Of a stretch of 64,000 nucleotides of DNA, positions 19,623 through 28,981 are shown piece by piece. The translations under genes were made by a program, and so were the position numbers. Within the stretch, counting starts at the first letter, position 1, and every line of letters starts with the position of its first letter. The notes below the pieces were generated by a model. The model was not told where the DNA came from and searched no databases. It saw only the letters and a list, made by a program, of their open reading frames with translations. Source of the DNA: Candidatus Omnitrophota bacterium (GTDB taxonomy: Bacteria; Omnitrophota; Gorgyraeia; Zapsychrales; Zapsychraceae); the NCBI GenBank assembly GCA_028280285.1, contig JANQMA010000026.1, positions 822 through 64,821 on the forward strand. The letters are read 5' to 3'.

Positions 19623-20562
19623 AGATAAAAAAATAGCCTTAGTTATTCCCTGTTATAACGAAGAAAAGTTGATCAGACCGACGCTTGAAAATGTGCCGGA
19701 AAAAATCGACCGTATTTTTGTCGTCGATGATTGCAGTACAGATAATATGGATGCGGTTGTGCGTGCCTTGGCGGCGGCGGATCAGCGTATTAACTATACG
19801 CGTCACGCAACCAATCAAGGGCCGGGCCAGGCGATTATCACCGGATACAAAAAATCATCGGAGGAAGGATGTGATATCACGGTCGTTGTCGGGGGAGATT
19901 ATCAAATGCCGCTTGAGGAGGTCGACCGTTTTCTTGATCCGCTCATTGACGGCCGTGCCGATTATACCAAGGGCAACCGGTTTTTTGTCTGGGAGAAAAC
20001 GAAGGTCAAGATGCCGAAGATTCGTATTTTAGGCAATATCATCATTACCGCACTGACTAAAATGGCGTCAGGTTATTATAAGATTATGGACGTTGTCGAC
20101 GGGTATACGGCGATTACCAAAGATGCGATTGACCGTGTTGATTGGGATCGTGCATGGAAAAAGTACGGTTATCCAATGGATTTTTTGATCCGTATGAATG
20201 CCTATGGGCTTCGCGTGCGTGATATTCCACGCACGCCGATTTATTTGGAGGGTGAGAGGCAATCACAGATCAAAGGCATGAAGTATGCGCTGCGTGTCTC
20301 CCCTATGCTTGTGCGCGGATTTTTTTGGCGGATGTTTTTTAAGTATATCTATCTTGATTTTCATCCGCTGTTTTTCTTTTATATGCTTGGTCTTTTGTTT
20401 GTCCCGATTGGGCTTGTGCTCGGGTGTCATCAACTATATGCCGAGTTTTTCGGTGGGGGGGCCACAGGGCCCATGTCTATACTTTGTGCGCTGACAACGA
20501 TTACGGGTTTGCAGTTTTTATTATTCGGAATGTGGTTTGATATGGAAGTGGGAAAGGGGTAA
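19615..20562 (+). CDS. Family-2 glycosyltransferase with two C-terminal TM helices (polyprenyl-phosphate sugar synthase, ArnC/GtrB-like)
   Basis: ALVIPCYNEE...VVDDCSTDN GT-A motifs plus hydrophobic C-terminal helices. Overlaps the upstream gene by 8 nt. Confidence 0.7.
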   Translation: MYRDKKIALVIPCYNEEKLIRPTLENVPEKIDRIFVVDDCSTDNMDAVVRALAAADQRINYTRHATNQGPGQAIITGYKKSSEEGCDITVVVGGDYQMPLEEVDRFLDPLIDGRADYTKGNRFFVWEKTKVKMPKIRILGNIIITALTKMASGYYKIMDVVDGYTAITKDAIDRVDWDRAWKKYGYPMDFLIRMNAYGLRVRDIPRTPIYLEGERQSQIKGMKYALRVSPMLVRGFFWRMFFKYIYLDFHPLFFFYMLGLLFVPIGLVLGCHQLYAEFFGGGATGPMSILCALTTITGLQFLLFGMWFDMEVGKG

Positions 20563-20761
20563 AAATTAAAAAATAAAAAAGAAAAAGTAAAAAAGAAAAT
20601 TGAGAATTGAGAAAGAATGAGAATTTAAAAAATAGTATTTGGTAATTGGTAGTTAGTAATTGGTCACAACATGCATTTTTTCCAGTTTAATTTTGATTTT
20701 TAAATTTATTTAATTTTTTAATTTTTACTTTTATTTTTTCATTCTAACTTTTTAATTAGTT
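20563..20761. repeat. About 200-bp extremely AT-rich spacer with purine-strand to pyrimidine-strand switch (compound imperfect inverted repeat)
   Basis: The left half is an almost pure A/G run (gaaaatt gagaatt gagaaag aatgaga). The right half is a T-rich complement (tttttactttt...ttttcattc). The centre carries tatttggtaattggtagttagtaattggt (20636-20664), one arm of the family C element. Confidence 0.5.
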
Positions 20762-21853
20762 ATGGCAGATAATAATCGTCCAAAGAAGATACTCTTTTTT
20801 CTCAACCACCCGGCTCATTTTCATTTGTTTAAGTTTATTATCCGGCGTCTTAGAGAAAAAGACTTTGACGTTATTATTTATATTGTCACCAAAGATGTAC
20901 TGGAAGACTTGGTCAAAGCAGAGGGGTGGGACTATGTTAATCTTTTCCCAAAGGGCAGACGCAGCAAAGTTTTGCCGAAGGTATTGTCGACGGCCCTTTT
21001 TATGCTGTTGACGCAGATCAAATTGTTTCTGAAGCTCCTTTTTAACAGAGTCGATCTTTTAATCGGCAGTGAACGGACCATTACGCATGTAGGGCGGATG
21101 CTTTTTATTCCGTCTTTGTATGTCAACGAAGATGATACGATTTCCATTGATAATTACATCACGTATCCTTTTGCGACCAAAGTCATTGTGCCGGAGTGTT
21201 GCGACCGTAACCGGTGGAATGGCAAAAAGATCACGTATAATGGCAACCATGAACTGGCATATTTAAGGCCTGAGCATTTCACCCCGGATGAAGCGGTGGT
21301 AAGAAAATTTAATCCGGGTATGGAACGGTATTTCATTCTGCGTCTGGTTTCTTTAACGGCCAGTCATGATATCGGCAAACAAGGGATCAATGATGACTTT
21401 GCCCGACGGATTATTGCCACATTAGAAGAGTATGGCAAGGTGTATATCACAGCGGAAAGACCTTTGGCCGATGAGTTTGAGCGCTATCGTCTTCCGGTGG
21501 CAGCCTATGATATTCATCATGTGATGTATTTTGCCGATCTTTTTATAGGAGATAGTTTATCGATGGCGATGGAGGCCTCTGTTCTCGGTACGCCTTCTTT
21601 GCGACTCAATGATTTTGTTGGTATCATCAGTGTTCTGAATGAAATGGATGAGGATTATGAATTATCGTATGGGTTTAAGACAGATCAAAAAGAAGAATTG
21701 ATAGAAAAGCTTAAGGAGCTTTTGGCTCTTCAGGATATTAAGGATGAGTGGCGACAAAAACGCGAGCGTCTTTTAAATGACAAGGATGATGTAGTAGGAT
21801 TTTTTGTTGAGACAATAGAAAAATACGCTAATAATAGAGTAATAAAAAATTAA
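20762..21853 (+). CDS. DUF354-like protein (GT-B/epimerase-like fold, polysaccharide clusters)
   Basis: The N-terminus KILFFLNHPAHFHLFKFIIRRLREKDFDV resembles the DUF354 signature. The context is a glycan cluster. Confidence 0.45.
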   Translation: MADNNRPKKILFFLNHPAHFHLFKFIIRRLREKDFDVIIYIVTKDVLEDLVKAEGWDYVNLFPKGRRSKVLPKVLSTALFMLLTQIKLFLKLLFNRVDLLIGSERTITHVGRMLFIPSLYVNEDDTISIDNYITYPFATKVIVPECCDRNRWNGKKITYNGNHELAYLRPEHFTPDEAVVRKFNPGMERYFILRLVSLTASHDIGKQGINDDFARRIIATLEEYGKVYITAERPLADEFERYRLPVAAYDIHHVMYFADLFIGDSLSMAMEASVLGTPSLRLNDFVGIISVLNEMDEDYELSYGFKTDQKEELIEKLKELLALQDIKDEWRQKRERLLNDKDDVVGFFVETIEKYANNRVIKN

Positions 21854-21920
21854 GTGGTCTGTTGTCTGTGGTCAGTGGTCATAAACTAAAACTGATCACA
21901 GAGCACCGAACACAGAACAC
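21854..21920 (+). terminator. Heptad-periodic hairpin
   Basis: Left arm gtggtct gttgtct gtggtca gtggtca, 10-nt loop, right arm ctgatca cagagca ccgaaca cagaaca. It starts 1 nt after the stop. Confidence 0.55.
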
Positions 21921-21945
21921 AAATGTTTACATTTATAGCTAATTC

Positions 21946-22992
21946 ATGAAGATTATTTCTGTAGTTGGAGCGCGTCCCAATTTTATAAAAATCAAGCCCG
22001 TTTTAGATGCCTTTGCCAAACGTAAAAGCATTAAGTCGATTTTGGTCCATACGGGACAGCATTATGATGCGCTCATGAGCCGTAAGTTTTTTAAGGAGCT
22101 GAATATCCCGAAGCCTGACATTAATTTGGATGCGGGATCGGGAACCCATGGTAAACAGACGGCTAAAATCCTTGAGAAATTTGAGCGTGTTCTTTTAAAA
22201 GAAAAGCCTGACTGTGTTTTGGTTGTCGGGGATGTTAACTCAACATTTGCCTGTAGTTTAGCCGCCAGTAAACTGGGTATTAAAATCGCGCATGTTGAGG
22301 CCGGTAAGCGCAGTTATAACCGGGCGATGCCTGAGGAGATTAACCGCGTTTTAACCGATCAGATATCCGATTATCTATTTGTCCCGAGCGCAGCGGAAAA
22401 GAAAATATTGCGCGGCGAAGGCATTGCCGCCAACAAAATTCATGTTGTCGGGAATGTCATGGCCGACACCTTGCTTGGCCTTAAACGCAAGGCTGTGAAG
22501 ACAAAAGATACGTATGGTGTTCTGACATTGCATCGTCCGCATAATGTGGATGATAAAGCCAGATTTAAGCAAGCGGTCAAAATTATTAACACAATTGCCC
22601 GGAAAACAGATATAATTTTTCCGGCACATCCACGGACGGTTAAACAATTAAAGGCGTTTAAATTAAAGGCAAAGTTGAGCAAGAATGTGAAGATGATTGA
22701 ACCTGTCGGATATAAAACTATGGTTAACCTGGTTGACGGGGCCCAATTTATTTTAACTGATTCCGGAGGGCTTCAGGCCGAGGCGGTGATATTGAAAACG
22801 CCGTGCATCACACTGCGTGATCAAACCGAGTGGACGGAGACGCTTGGCTGGGGTAATACGTTGACAGGCCTCAATGAACGCAAAATTAAAACGGCTGTCA
22901 ATAAGGCCTTGGCAGGCCAAGTAAAGTTTAAAACAATTCCCTATTGGGATGGAAAAAGTGCGGAGCGTATTGCGCGCGCACTGATGAAATGA
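21946..22992 (+). CDS. wecB: UDP-N-acetylglucosamine 2-epimerase (non-hydrolysing), WecB/WbpI-like
   Basis: VVGARPNFIK...HTGQHYD...VVGDVNST...HVEAG.R...PEEINR motif series. Confidence 0.85.
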   Translation: MKIISVVGARPNFIKIKPVLDAFAKRKSIKSILVHTGQHYDALMSRKFFKELNIPKPDINLDAGSGTHGKQTAKILEKFERVLLKEKPDCVLVVGDVNSTFACSLAASKLGIKIAHVEAGKRSYNRAMPEEINRVLTDQISDYLFVPSAAEKKILRGEGIAANKIHVVGNVMADTLLGLKRKAVKTKDTYGVLTLHRPHNVDDKARFKQAVKIINTIARKTDIIFPAHPRTVKQLKAFKLKAKLSKNVKMIEPVGYKTMVNLVDGAQFILTDSGGLQAEAVILKTPCITLRDQTEWTETLGWGNTLTGLNERKIKTAVNKALAGQVKFKTIPYWDGKSAERIARALMK

Positions 22993-23969
22993 TGGACAAA
23001 AATATCGGTATTATTGGTTTAGGGTATTGGGGCAAAAATCTTGTGCGGAATTTTGCCCAGATCGGTGTTTTATATGGTCTCTGTGATATTAATGAAGCAC
23101 AACTGAAAAATTTTTCCGATCAATATGATGTTAGTTTAGCGACGACGAATTCTAGTGATTTAATCAACGACAAATCGGTTAAGGCGGTTGTTATCGCCAC
23201 ACCGGCCGTAACACATTATACCCTTGTTAAAGAAGCGCTTGAGGCGGGTAAGGATGTGTTTGTTGAAAAGCCATTGGCGCTTCATGTCGATGAAGCCACG
23301 GAGCTTAAGCAGCTTGCCGATCAAAAACAGTGTGTTTTAATGGTTGATCATATTTTATTGTATCATCCGGCGCTTAAGAAACTTAAAGAGCTCATTGAAG
23401 ATGGCGCACTGGGAGACTTGCGTTATATTTATTCTAACCGTTTAAACATCGGCCTTTTGCGCAGGGAAGAAAATATTTTGTGGAGTTTTGCGCCACATGA
23501 TATTTCTCTTATTCTTCATTTAACCGCTCAGCGTCCACTGAGTGTTGAGGCATTTGGTGAGGCGTATCTGCAACCCGCTGTTTTTGATACGACGCTTATG
23601 AATTTGACGTTTGATCATAAACTAAAGGCCCATATTTATGTCAGCTGGCTCCATCCGTTTAAAGAACAGAAACTCGTTGTCATCGGCAGTAAAAATATGG
23701 CTGTCTTTAATGATATGGAAAAAGATAATAAGCTGATGCTTTATCCGCATAAGGTTGATTGGGTGGATGAAGTTCCCGTCGCGAATAGAGCGCAGGGAGA
23801 AGCGGTCGCTTTTGATGTAAAAGAACCTCTGCGCGAGGCCTGCTTGCATTTTTGTGACTGTATAAAAACGCGCAGACGCCCGCTGACGGATGGGGATGAG
23901 GCCATTAATGTCTTATCTGTTATTGCCCAGGCGCAAGAATCAGTGCAAAGGAATATACAACATGTCTGA
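22989..23969 (+). CDS. Gfo/Idh/MocA-family sugar-nucleotide oxidoreductase (WbpB-like), copy 2
   Basis: Start is taken at ATGATG 22989, which overlaps the wecB stop by 4 nt. Carries [12 protein letters not shown] Rossmann and EKPLA motifs. The track's 22944 start would be an extension into wecB. Confidence 0.75.
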   Translation: MMDKNIGIIGLGYWGKNLVRNFAQIGVLYGLCDINEAQLKNFSDQYDVSLATTNSSDLINDKSVKAVVIATPAVTHYTLVKEALEAGKDVFVEKPLALHVDEATELKQLADQKQCVLMVDHILLYHPALKKLKELIEDGALGDLRYIYSNRLNIGLLRREENILWSFAPHDISLILHLTAQRPLSVEAFGEAYLQPAVFDTTLMNLTFDHKLKAHIYVSWLHPFKEQKLVVIGSKNMAVFNDMEKDNKLMLYPHKVDWVDEVPVANRAQGEAVAFDVKEPLREACLHFCDCIKTRRRPLTDGDEAINVLSVIAQAQESVQRNIQHV

Positions 23970-24543
23970 GCAACAATATTTTGTGCATGAATCTTCTTAT
24001 GTGGACGACGGGGCAGTGATTGGCGAAGGCACGTCGATCTGGCATTTTTCGCATGTTATGAGTGGGGCGAAGATCGGGAGAAATTGTAAATTAGGTCAAA
24101 ACGTTGTTATTCATCCGACGGTGGTTATCGGTAATGATGTGAAAGTGCAAAACAGTGTGTCCATTTATGATGGGGTGATTTTAGAAAATAGTGTTTTTTG
24201 TGGGCCGTCATGTGTCTTTACCAATGTCGTCAGCCCGCGTTCGGCTTATCCGAAAGACTTAGAAGAGTATTCTAAAACGCTTGTAAAAAAAGGAGCAACG
24301 ATCGGGGCCAACGCAACAATTGTTTGTGGCGTGACCATTGGGCAATTTGCATTTGTCGGCGCCGGTGCTGTTGTTACCCGTAATGTGCCTGATTATGCGG
24401 TTGTCTACGGCAATCCAGCTATAGAAAAGGGCTACAGATGTGAGTGCGGAGAAAAAATCGATTTTACTGGTAGTGAAGGTGAGTGTCGGGGAAAATGTGA
24501 AAAGAAGTATCAAATTATAGAAGGGGTGGTGGTTGAAAAATGA
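23962..24543 (+). CDS. Left-handed beta-helix (hexapeptide-repeat) N-acetyltransferase (WbpD/WlbB-like), copy 1
   Basis: ATG 23962 ([32 protein letters not shown]...) with hexapeptide repeats. Overlaps the upstream gene by 8 nt. Confidence 0.75.
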   Translation: MSEQQYFVHESSYVDDGAVIGEGTSIWHFSHVMSGAKIGRNCKLGQNVVIHPTVVIGNDVKVQNSVSIYDGVILENSVFCGPSCVFTNVVSPRSAYPKDLEEYSKTLVKKGATIGANATIVCGVTIGQFAFVGAGAVVTRNVPDYAVVYGNPAIEKGYRCECGEKIDFTGSEGECRGKCEKKYQIIEGVVVEK

Positions 24544-25646
24544 GTATAGAATTTGTTGATTTAGTTGCGCAGTATAATAAGTATAAAACAGAAATTGATC
24601 GTAGCATTAATGATGTTGTATCCAAAGCCCACTTTGTTATGGGGCCGCAAGTAACTGAACTGGAAGAAAAATTGGCCAATTATGTTGGTGTCAAAAGTGC
24701 GATTGGCTGTGGTTCAGGAACAGACGCCCTGCAGCTTGCGCTGATGGCTTATAATATCGGCCCCGGTGATGAGGTGATTGTGCCGGCGTATTCATTTATC
24801 GCAACGGCGGAAGTAATCACTTTTCTCGGCGCCAAACCTGTTTTTGTGGATGTTGAAAAAGAGACATGGAATATTGATCCTGCAAAAATCAAGGCAGCCA
24901 TTACACCCCATACCCGTGGGATCATTACCGTTAATATGTTTGGCTTGCCGTGTGATTATGATACGGTCAATAAAGTTGCACGTGACGGCAATCTTTTTGT
25001 GATTGAAGATGCGGCTCAATCTTTTGGCGCGGAGTATAAGGGGCAGAAATCTTGCGGTCTGACGGATATTGGATGCACATCGTTTTTTCCTGCCAAGATT
25101 TTGGGGGCCTATGGCGACGGAGGGATGATTTTTACCGATAATGTTGAGCTGGCTGAGAAAATGAAATCTATTCGTATTCATGGCAAGGGGGGCAGTAAAT
25201 ACGACAATATACGACAAGGAATTAATTCCCGTCTTGATACTATTCAAGCCGCGATATTGCTGGTTAAATTTAACCACATGCAAGAAGAAATCACGTTGCG
25301 GCAAAGAATTGCACAAGCTTATGATAATATTCTCCTCGAACATGGTGATTTGCAAATTGCCCCGTCGGATATGCAACATACACGATGTAATTACTGTGTA
25401 TTAACGGCCCAACGTGATGTTTATAAAGAGGCTTTAACGGCCAAGGGTATACCTACACATATCTATTATATTAAGCCTCTTCATTTGCAAGAAGTATTTG
25501 ATAACTTGGGCTATAAACCAGGGGATATGCCGGTGACAGAAGATATTTGCCAAAGAAATCTTGCCCTTCCTATGCATCCGTTTTTATCTAGTGATGATAT
25601 CGCTCTTATCACGCAGACATTTAAAGAAACCAAGTTAGCTGTTTAA
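24540..25646 (+). CDS. DegT/DnrJ/EryC1-family PLP aminotransferase (WbpE/WlbC-like), copy 2
   Basis: Family N-terminus [24 protein letters not shown], and ALPMHPFLS at the C-terminus. Confidence 0.8.
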   Translation: MSIEFVDLVAQYNKYKTEIDRSINDVVSKAHFVMGPQVTELEEKLANYVGVKSAIGCGSGTDALQLALMAYNIGPGDEVIVPAYSFIATAEVITFLGAKPVFVDVEKETWNIDPAKIKAAITPHTRGIITVNMFGLPCDYDTVNKVARDGNLFVIEDAAQSFGAEYKGQKSCGLTDIGCTSFFPAKILGAYGDGGMIFTDNVELAEKMKSIRIHGKGGSKYDNIRQGINSRLDTIQAAILLVKFNHMQEEITLRQRIAQAYDNILLEHGDLQIAPSDMQHTRCNYCVLTAQRDVYKEALTAKGIPTHIYYIKPLHLQEVFDNLGYKPGDMPVTEDICQRNLALPMHPFLSSDDIALITQTFKETKLAV

Positions 25647-25659
25647 CGACAATTGTTTT

Positions 25660-26703
25660 ATGAAAATTGCCATTGCCTGCGGACTATCTGATCATAAGCT
25701 TTCCAGTATCTTAAAGCCTTTATCCGCGTTGGGTTTTATCGACGGGATATCGTTAATCCGCCATAAAAAACTTGATTTTCCCGGCATTGTCTCACTTGTC
25801 CCCCCGGTCATTATCCGAAGCATTTTACCTCTAAGAGAAGTGTGCAGATGTGCCGTCCTCTTTTATTTGTGTTTAGCCAAAAAGGTTGATTATCTGGTAG
25901 GGATTCATTTTCGTATGCATTGTGTTTATGTGGGGGTGTTAGGGTGCGTGTTTAATCTTCCTTATTGCATGATGATTATTGAAGATCCGAAAAAATATCA
26001 TGGCAGTGCGATATTCCGGTATTTCGTGCAAAAGGCAGATAAAGTTAGCGTGCGTGGGGAAATCTCGAAGCAGTACCTGATTAACCAATGCAAAGCTGAT
26101 ACTAATAAGATATTTGTTCTTCCTGATGTCATTGATTTAAATGGCAACATCACCGGGGAGAAAGAGTATGATTTTATTTTTATCGGCAATATGGTGCAGG
26201 AGAAGCGGCCTGATGTGCTCATCGATATTTTTGATGCTCTTAAAAAAAAGGGATTGTCTTTTAAAGCCGCTATTCTGGGGCAGGGACCTTTAGCCAATCA
26301 GGTTCAGAAAAAAATAAACACCTGCGCCCTTGAAAGTCATGTTGAGTTTTTAGGTCATCAAGACAATGTTTTTGATTATTTAAAGAGGAGTAAATATTTA
26401 CTTATGACGTCTCAAACGGAAGGCCTGCCTGTTGTTATTTTGGAAAGTTATAGTTGTGGTGTGCCGGTGATTGTGCCGGATATTGCCGATATTTCTGATG
26501 TGGTTCAAGATGGGCAAACAGGCTTTGTGGTTGAGCGTTTAGATTTTGATCAGTATTGCGCTGTCTGCGAAAAGGCACTTAAGGACGATAGCGTTTATGA
26601 GACTTTAGCTAAAGGTGTTTGTGATTTTAGGATAAAAAATTCACAAAGGTATACCCAGCAAGAAGTTACAGATATTTGGCAGGGCGCTCTAAATAAGAGT
26701 TGA
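25660..26703 (+). CDS. GT-B glycosyltransferase (family 4/1-like)
   Basis: C-terminal TSQTEGLPVVILESYSCGVPVIVPD motif (E-x7-E type). Confidence 0.65.
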   Translation: MKIAIACGLSDHKLSSILKPLSALGFIDGISLIRHKKLDFPGIVSLVPPVIIRSILPLREVCRCAVLFYLCLAKKVDYLVGIHFRMHCVYVGVLGCVFNLPYCMMIIEDPKKYHGSAIFRYFVQKADKVSVRGEISKQYLINQCKADTNKIFVLPDVIDLNGNITGEKEYDFIFIGNMVQEKRPDVLIDIFDALKKKGLSFKAAILGQGPLANQVQKKINTCALESHVEFLGHQDNVFDYLKRSKYLLMTSQTEGLPVVILESYSCGVPVIVPDIADISDVVQDGQTGFVVERLDFDQYCAVCEKALKDDSVYETLAKGVCDFRIKNSQRYTQQEVTDIWQGALNKS

Positions 26704-26787
26704 ACTCACATATCTTCACATATATAATACACACCTCAAAGAAGCGACAGCCCCTAATTTATTACTATTAATATAAAGGAGTTACAG

Positions 26788-27108
26788 ATGCCAGCGCTAC
26801 AATTAAAAGAAGATACGTTTGAGACAGAAGTATTAAAGTCGGATATACCGGTCTTGGTTGATTTTTGGGCCGAGTGGTGTGGGCCGTGTAAAGCCATTGC
26901 TCCGGTTGTGGATGAGTTGGCCGATGAGTTAAGCGGTAAGGTCAAGATTACCAAGCTTGATGTTGATTCAGCCCAAGAACTTGCGATGAAATATAATGTT
27001 ATGTCTATTCCAACGATGATGATTTTTAAAAGTGGTGAGCCGGTTGACCAGCTGGTCGGCGCGCTTCCTAAGAATCAGATACTTGAAAAGATTAATGCGA
27101 ATTTATGA
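26788..27108 (+). CDS. trxA: Thioredoxin
   Basis: WAEWCGPCK active site. 106 aa. Confidence 0.9.
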   Translation: MPALQLKEDTFETEVLKSDIPVLVDFWAEWCGPCKAIAPVVDELADELSGKVKITKLDVDSAQELAMKYNVMSIPTMMIFKSGEPVDQLVGALPKNQILEKINANL

Positions 27109-27452
27109 TAATCGAAATTGTTAAATCCAAAATTGCCCACGCAACGATTAAAGAAGCGAACCTTCATTATGAAGGCAGCATCACGATCGATACGGACTTG
27201 CTCGACCAAGCAAATATTATTATCGGAGAAAAAGTGCAGGTGCTCAACATCAATAATGGAGAGCGCTTTGAAACCTATGTGATTGAAGGGGAAGCAGGCT
27301 CCGGCCAGATTTGTTTAAACGGTCCTGCCGCAAGGCTTGGTCTCGTCGGTGATAAAATTATGATTATCAGCTATTGCATGGTTGAGCGAGAAAAGGTAAG
27401 TTCAGTTAAACCGGTTGTTCTTAATCTCGATGATAACAATCAAGTGCGATAG
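27105..27452 (+). CDS. panD: Aspartate 1-decarboxylase
   Basis: KSKIAHATIKEANLHYEGSITID with the Gly-Ser self-cleavage site. 115 aa. Confidence 0.9.
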   Translation: MIIEIVKSKIAHATIKEANLHYEGSITIDTDLLDQANIIIGEKVQVLNINNGERFETYVIEGEAGSGQICLNGPAARLGLVGDKIMIISYCMVEREKVSSVKPVVLNLDDNNQVR

Positions 27453-27489
27453 AAACATATCTAATCGTAATTACTAACTACCAAATAAA

Positions 27490-27996
27490 ATGTCCCAACT
27501 CAAAATACGCCTATATGGAGATCCTTGTCTTCGCCAAAAATGCGACACCGTGACGGATGTCGGTTCTGCCGAGAGAATGTTAATCCAATCAATGATTCAA
27601 ACAATGCACGCGCATAAAGGCATTGGTCTAGCCGCTCCTCAGGTTGGCATTAACCGGCGGATCCTTGTTATCGATATTAATGACGGGCAGGGGCCGCTGG
27701 CCATGATTAATCCTACAATTGTTAAGACAAATCGTTATGCGGATATGGAAGAAGGGTGTTTGAGCATACCCAATGTCCACATTGTCGTGGAGCGTCCTTA
27801 TGAAATTATTGTGCGTTATACCAATGCCGATAACAAAGAAGAGGAAAAACGTTTTACAGAGCTAATGGCGCGCGCAGTTCAGCATGAAATGGATCATCTT
27901 GATGGGAAACTGATAGTGGACTATGCGTCTGATGAGGAATTGGATAAGTATAGAGATAAACTGGAAGAAATAAAAAAGCAGGCCAAAAATAATTGA
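27490..27996 (+). CDS. def: Peptide deformylase
   Basis: GIGLAAPQVG, EGCLS and HEMDH motifs. Confidence 0.9.
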   Translation: MSQLKIRLYGDPCLRQKCDTVTDVGSAERMLIQSMIQTMHAHKGIGLAAPQVGINRRILVIDINDGQGPLAMINPTIVKTNRYADMEEGCLSIPNVHIVVERPYEIIVRYTNADNKEEEKRFTELMARAVQHEMDHLDGKLIVDYASDEELDKYRDKLEEIKKQAKNN

Positions 27997-28000
27997 TATA

Positions 28001-28069
28001 AGGTTTCGGGTTTTAGGTGTTAGGTTTTAAAAAACAGACCTAACACCCAACACCTCAAACCTTACACCT
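28001..28069 (+). terminator. Heptad-periodic hairpin, family A (aggtgtt / aacacct)
   Basis: Left arm aggtttc gggtttt aggtgtt aggtttt. Right arm cagacct aacaccc aacacct caaacct tacacct. It starts 5 nt after the def stop. Confidence 0.55.
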
Positions 28070-28072
28070 AAT

Positions 28073-28981
28073 ATGACAAATAAAACTGCCAATATTTCAC
28101 ACAAGCTTCCAAGTTGGTTCAAGCAAGAACTGCCCGACATGGATAAAATCCGTGCAATGAAGGGCATGTTCCGTAAGTCCAAACTCCATACGGTTTGTGA
28201 AAGTGCTTTGTGTCCGAACATGGGCGAGTGCTGGGGTGCCGGCGTTGCGACGTTTATGATTCTCGGGGACATTTGCACGCGCGCCTGCCGTTTTTGTGCG
28301 ATTAAAGCAGGTCGGCCGCTTGCGGTTGATCCTAATGAACCGCAGGAAGTGGCTGAGGCCGTCAAACAGCTTAATCTGCGTTATGTTGTGGTGACATCTG
28401 TTGCACGGGACGATCTTCCCGATGAGGGAGCTGAGCAGTTTTATCAAACTATCACAGAGATCCGCAAATTAATGCCACAGACCAAGATCGAGGTATTGAT
28501 TCCGGATTTTTCCAACAAGATGCAAAGTATAGAACGTCTCATCGCCGCACGGCCTGATGTGGTGAGTCATAATATTGAAACGGTACGCCGTTTATCTGAA
28601 TATGTGCGTTCTAAAGCTTTGCATGACCGTTCACTTAAAGTATTGCGTAACTTTAAACGTATCGCCCCGGATATTATTACCAAATCGAGTTTTATGGTGG
28701 GGATGGGAGAAGAGCACGATGATATTGAAGCTGTGATGAAAGAGCTGGTGGAGGCCGGTGTTGATATTTTAACGATTGGTCAATATCTTCGTCCGACGGG
28801 GCTTAAGCGGCACATTCCGGTTGAGAAATTTTATACACCATCGGAATTCAAGTTTTATAAAGAGTTTGGTGAGCACACAGGTTTTAAATATGTCGAAAGC
28901 GGGCCTAAGGTGCGCAGTTCATTTATTGCCGAGGAAGGTTACCGTCGGTGTATTCAGATTTTGGAGGCAGCTTATTCATGA
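28073..28981 (+). CDS. lipA: Lipoyl synthase
   Basis: CESALCPNMGECW and radical-SAM CTRACRFC cysteine clusters. Confidence 0.9.
   Translation: MTNKTANISHKLPSWFKQELPDMDKIRAMKGMFRKSKLHTVCESALCPNMGECWGAGVATFMILGDICTRACRFCAIKAGRPLAVDPNEPQEVAEAVKQLNLRYVVVTSVARDDLPDEGAEQFYQTITEIRKLMPQTKIEVLIPDFSNKMQSIERLIAARPDVVSHNIETVRRLSEYVRSKALHDRSLKVLRNFKRIAPDIITKSSFMVGMGEEHDDIEAVMKELVEAGVDILTIGQYLRPTGLKRHIPVEKFYTPSEFKFYKEFGEHTGFKYVESGPKVRSSFIAEEGYRRCIQILEAAYS

Noticed and set aside
20563-20761. The AT-rich 200-bp spacer as a replication origin.
   Set aside because: I see no DnaA-box-like 9-mers (TTATCCACA variants), and no dnaA/dnaN/gyrB context. It sits inside a glycan gene cluster. The A-run/T-run symmetry fits the hairpin class better.
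22944-23961. N-terminal extensions proposed by the track for 22944..23969 and 23890..24543.
   Set aside because: The extensions overlap the preceding genes by 49 and 80 nt and precede the conserved family N-termini (Rossmann GxGxxG; [10 protein letters not shown]). Internal ATGs at 22989 and 23962 give standard 4-8-nt coupled overlaps.
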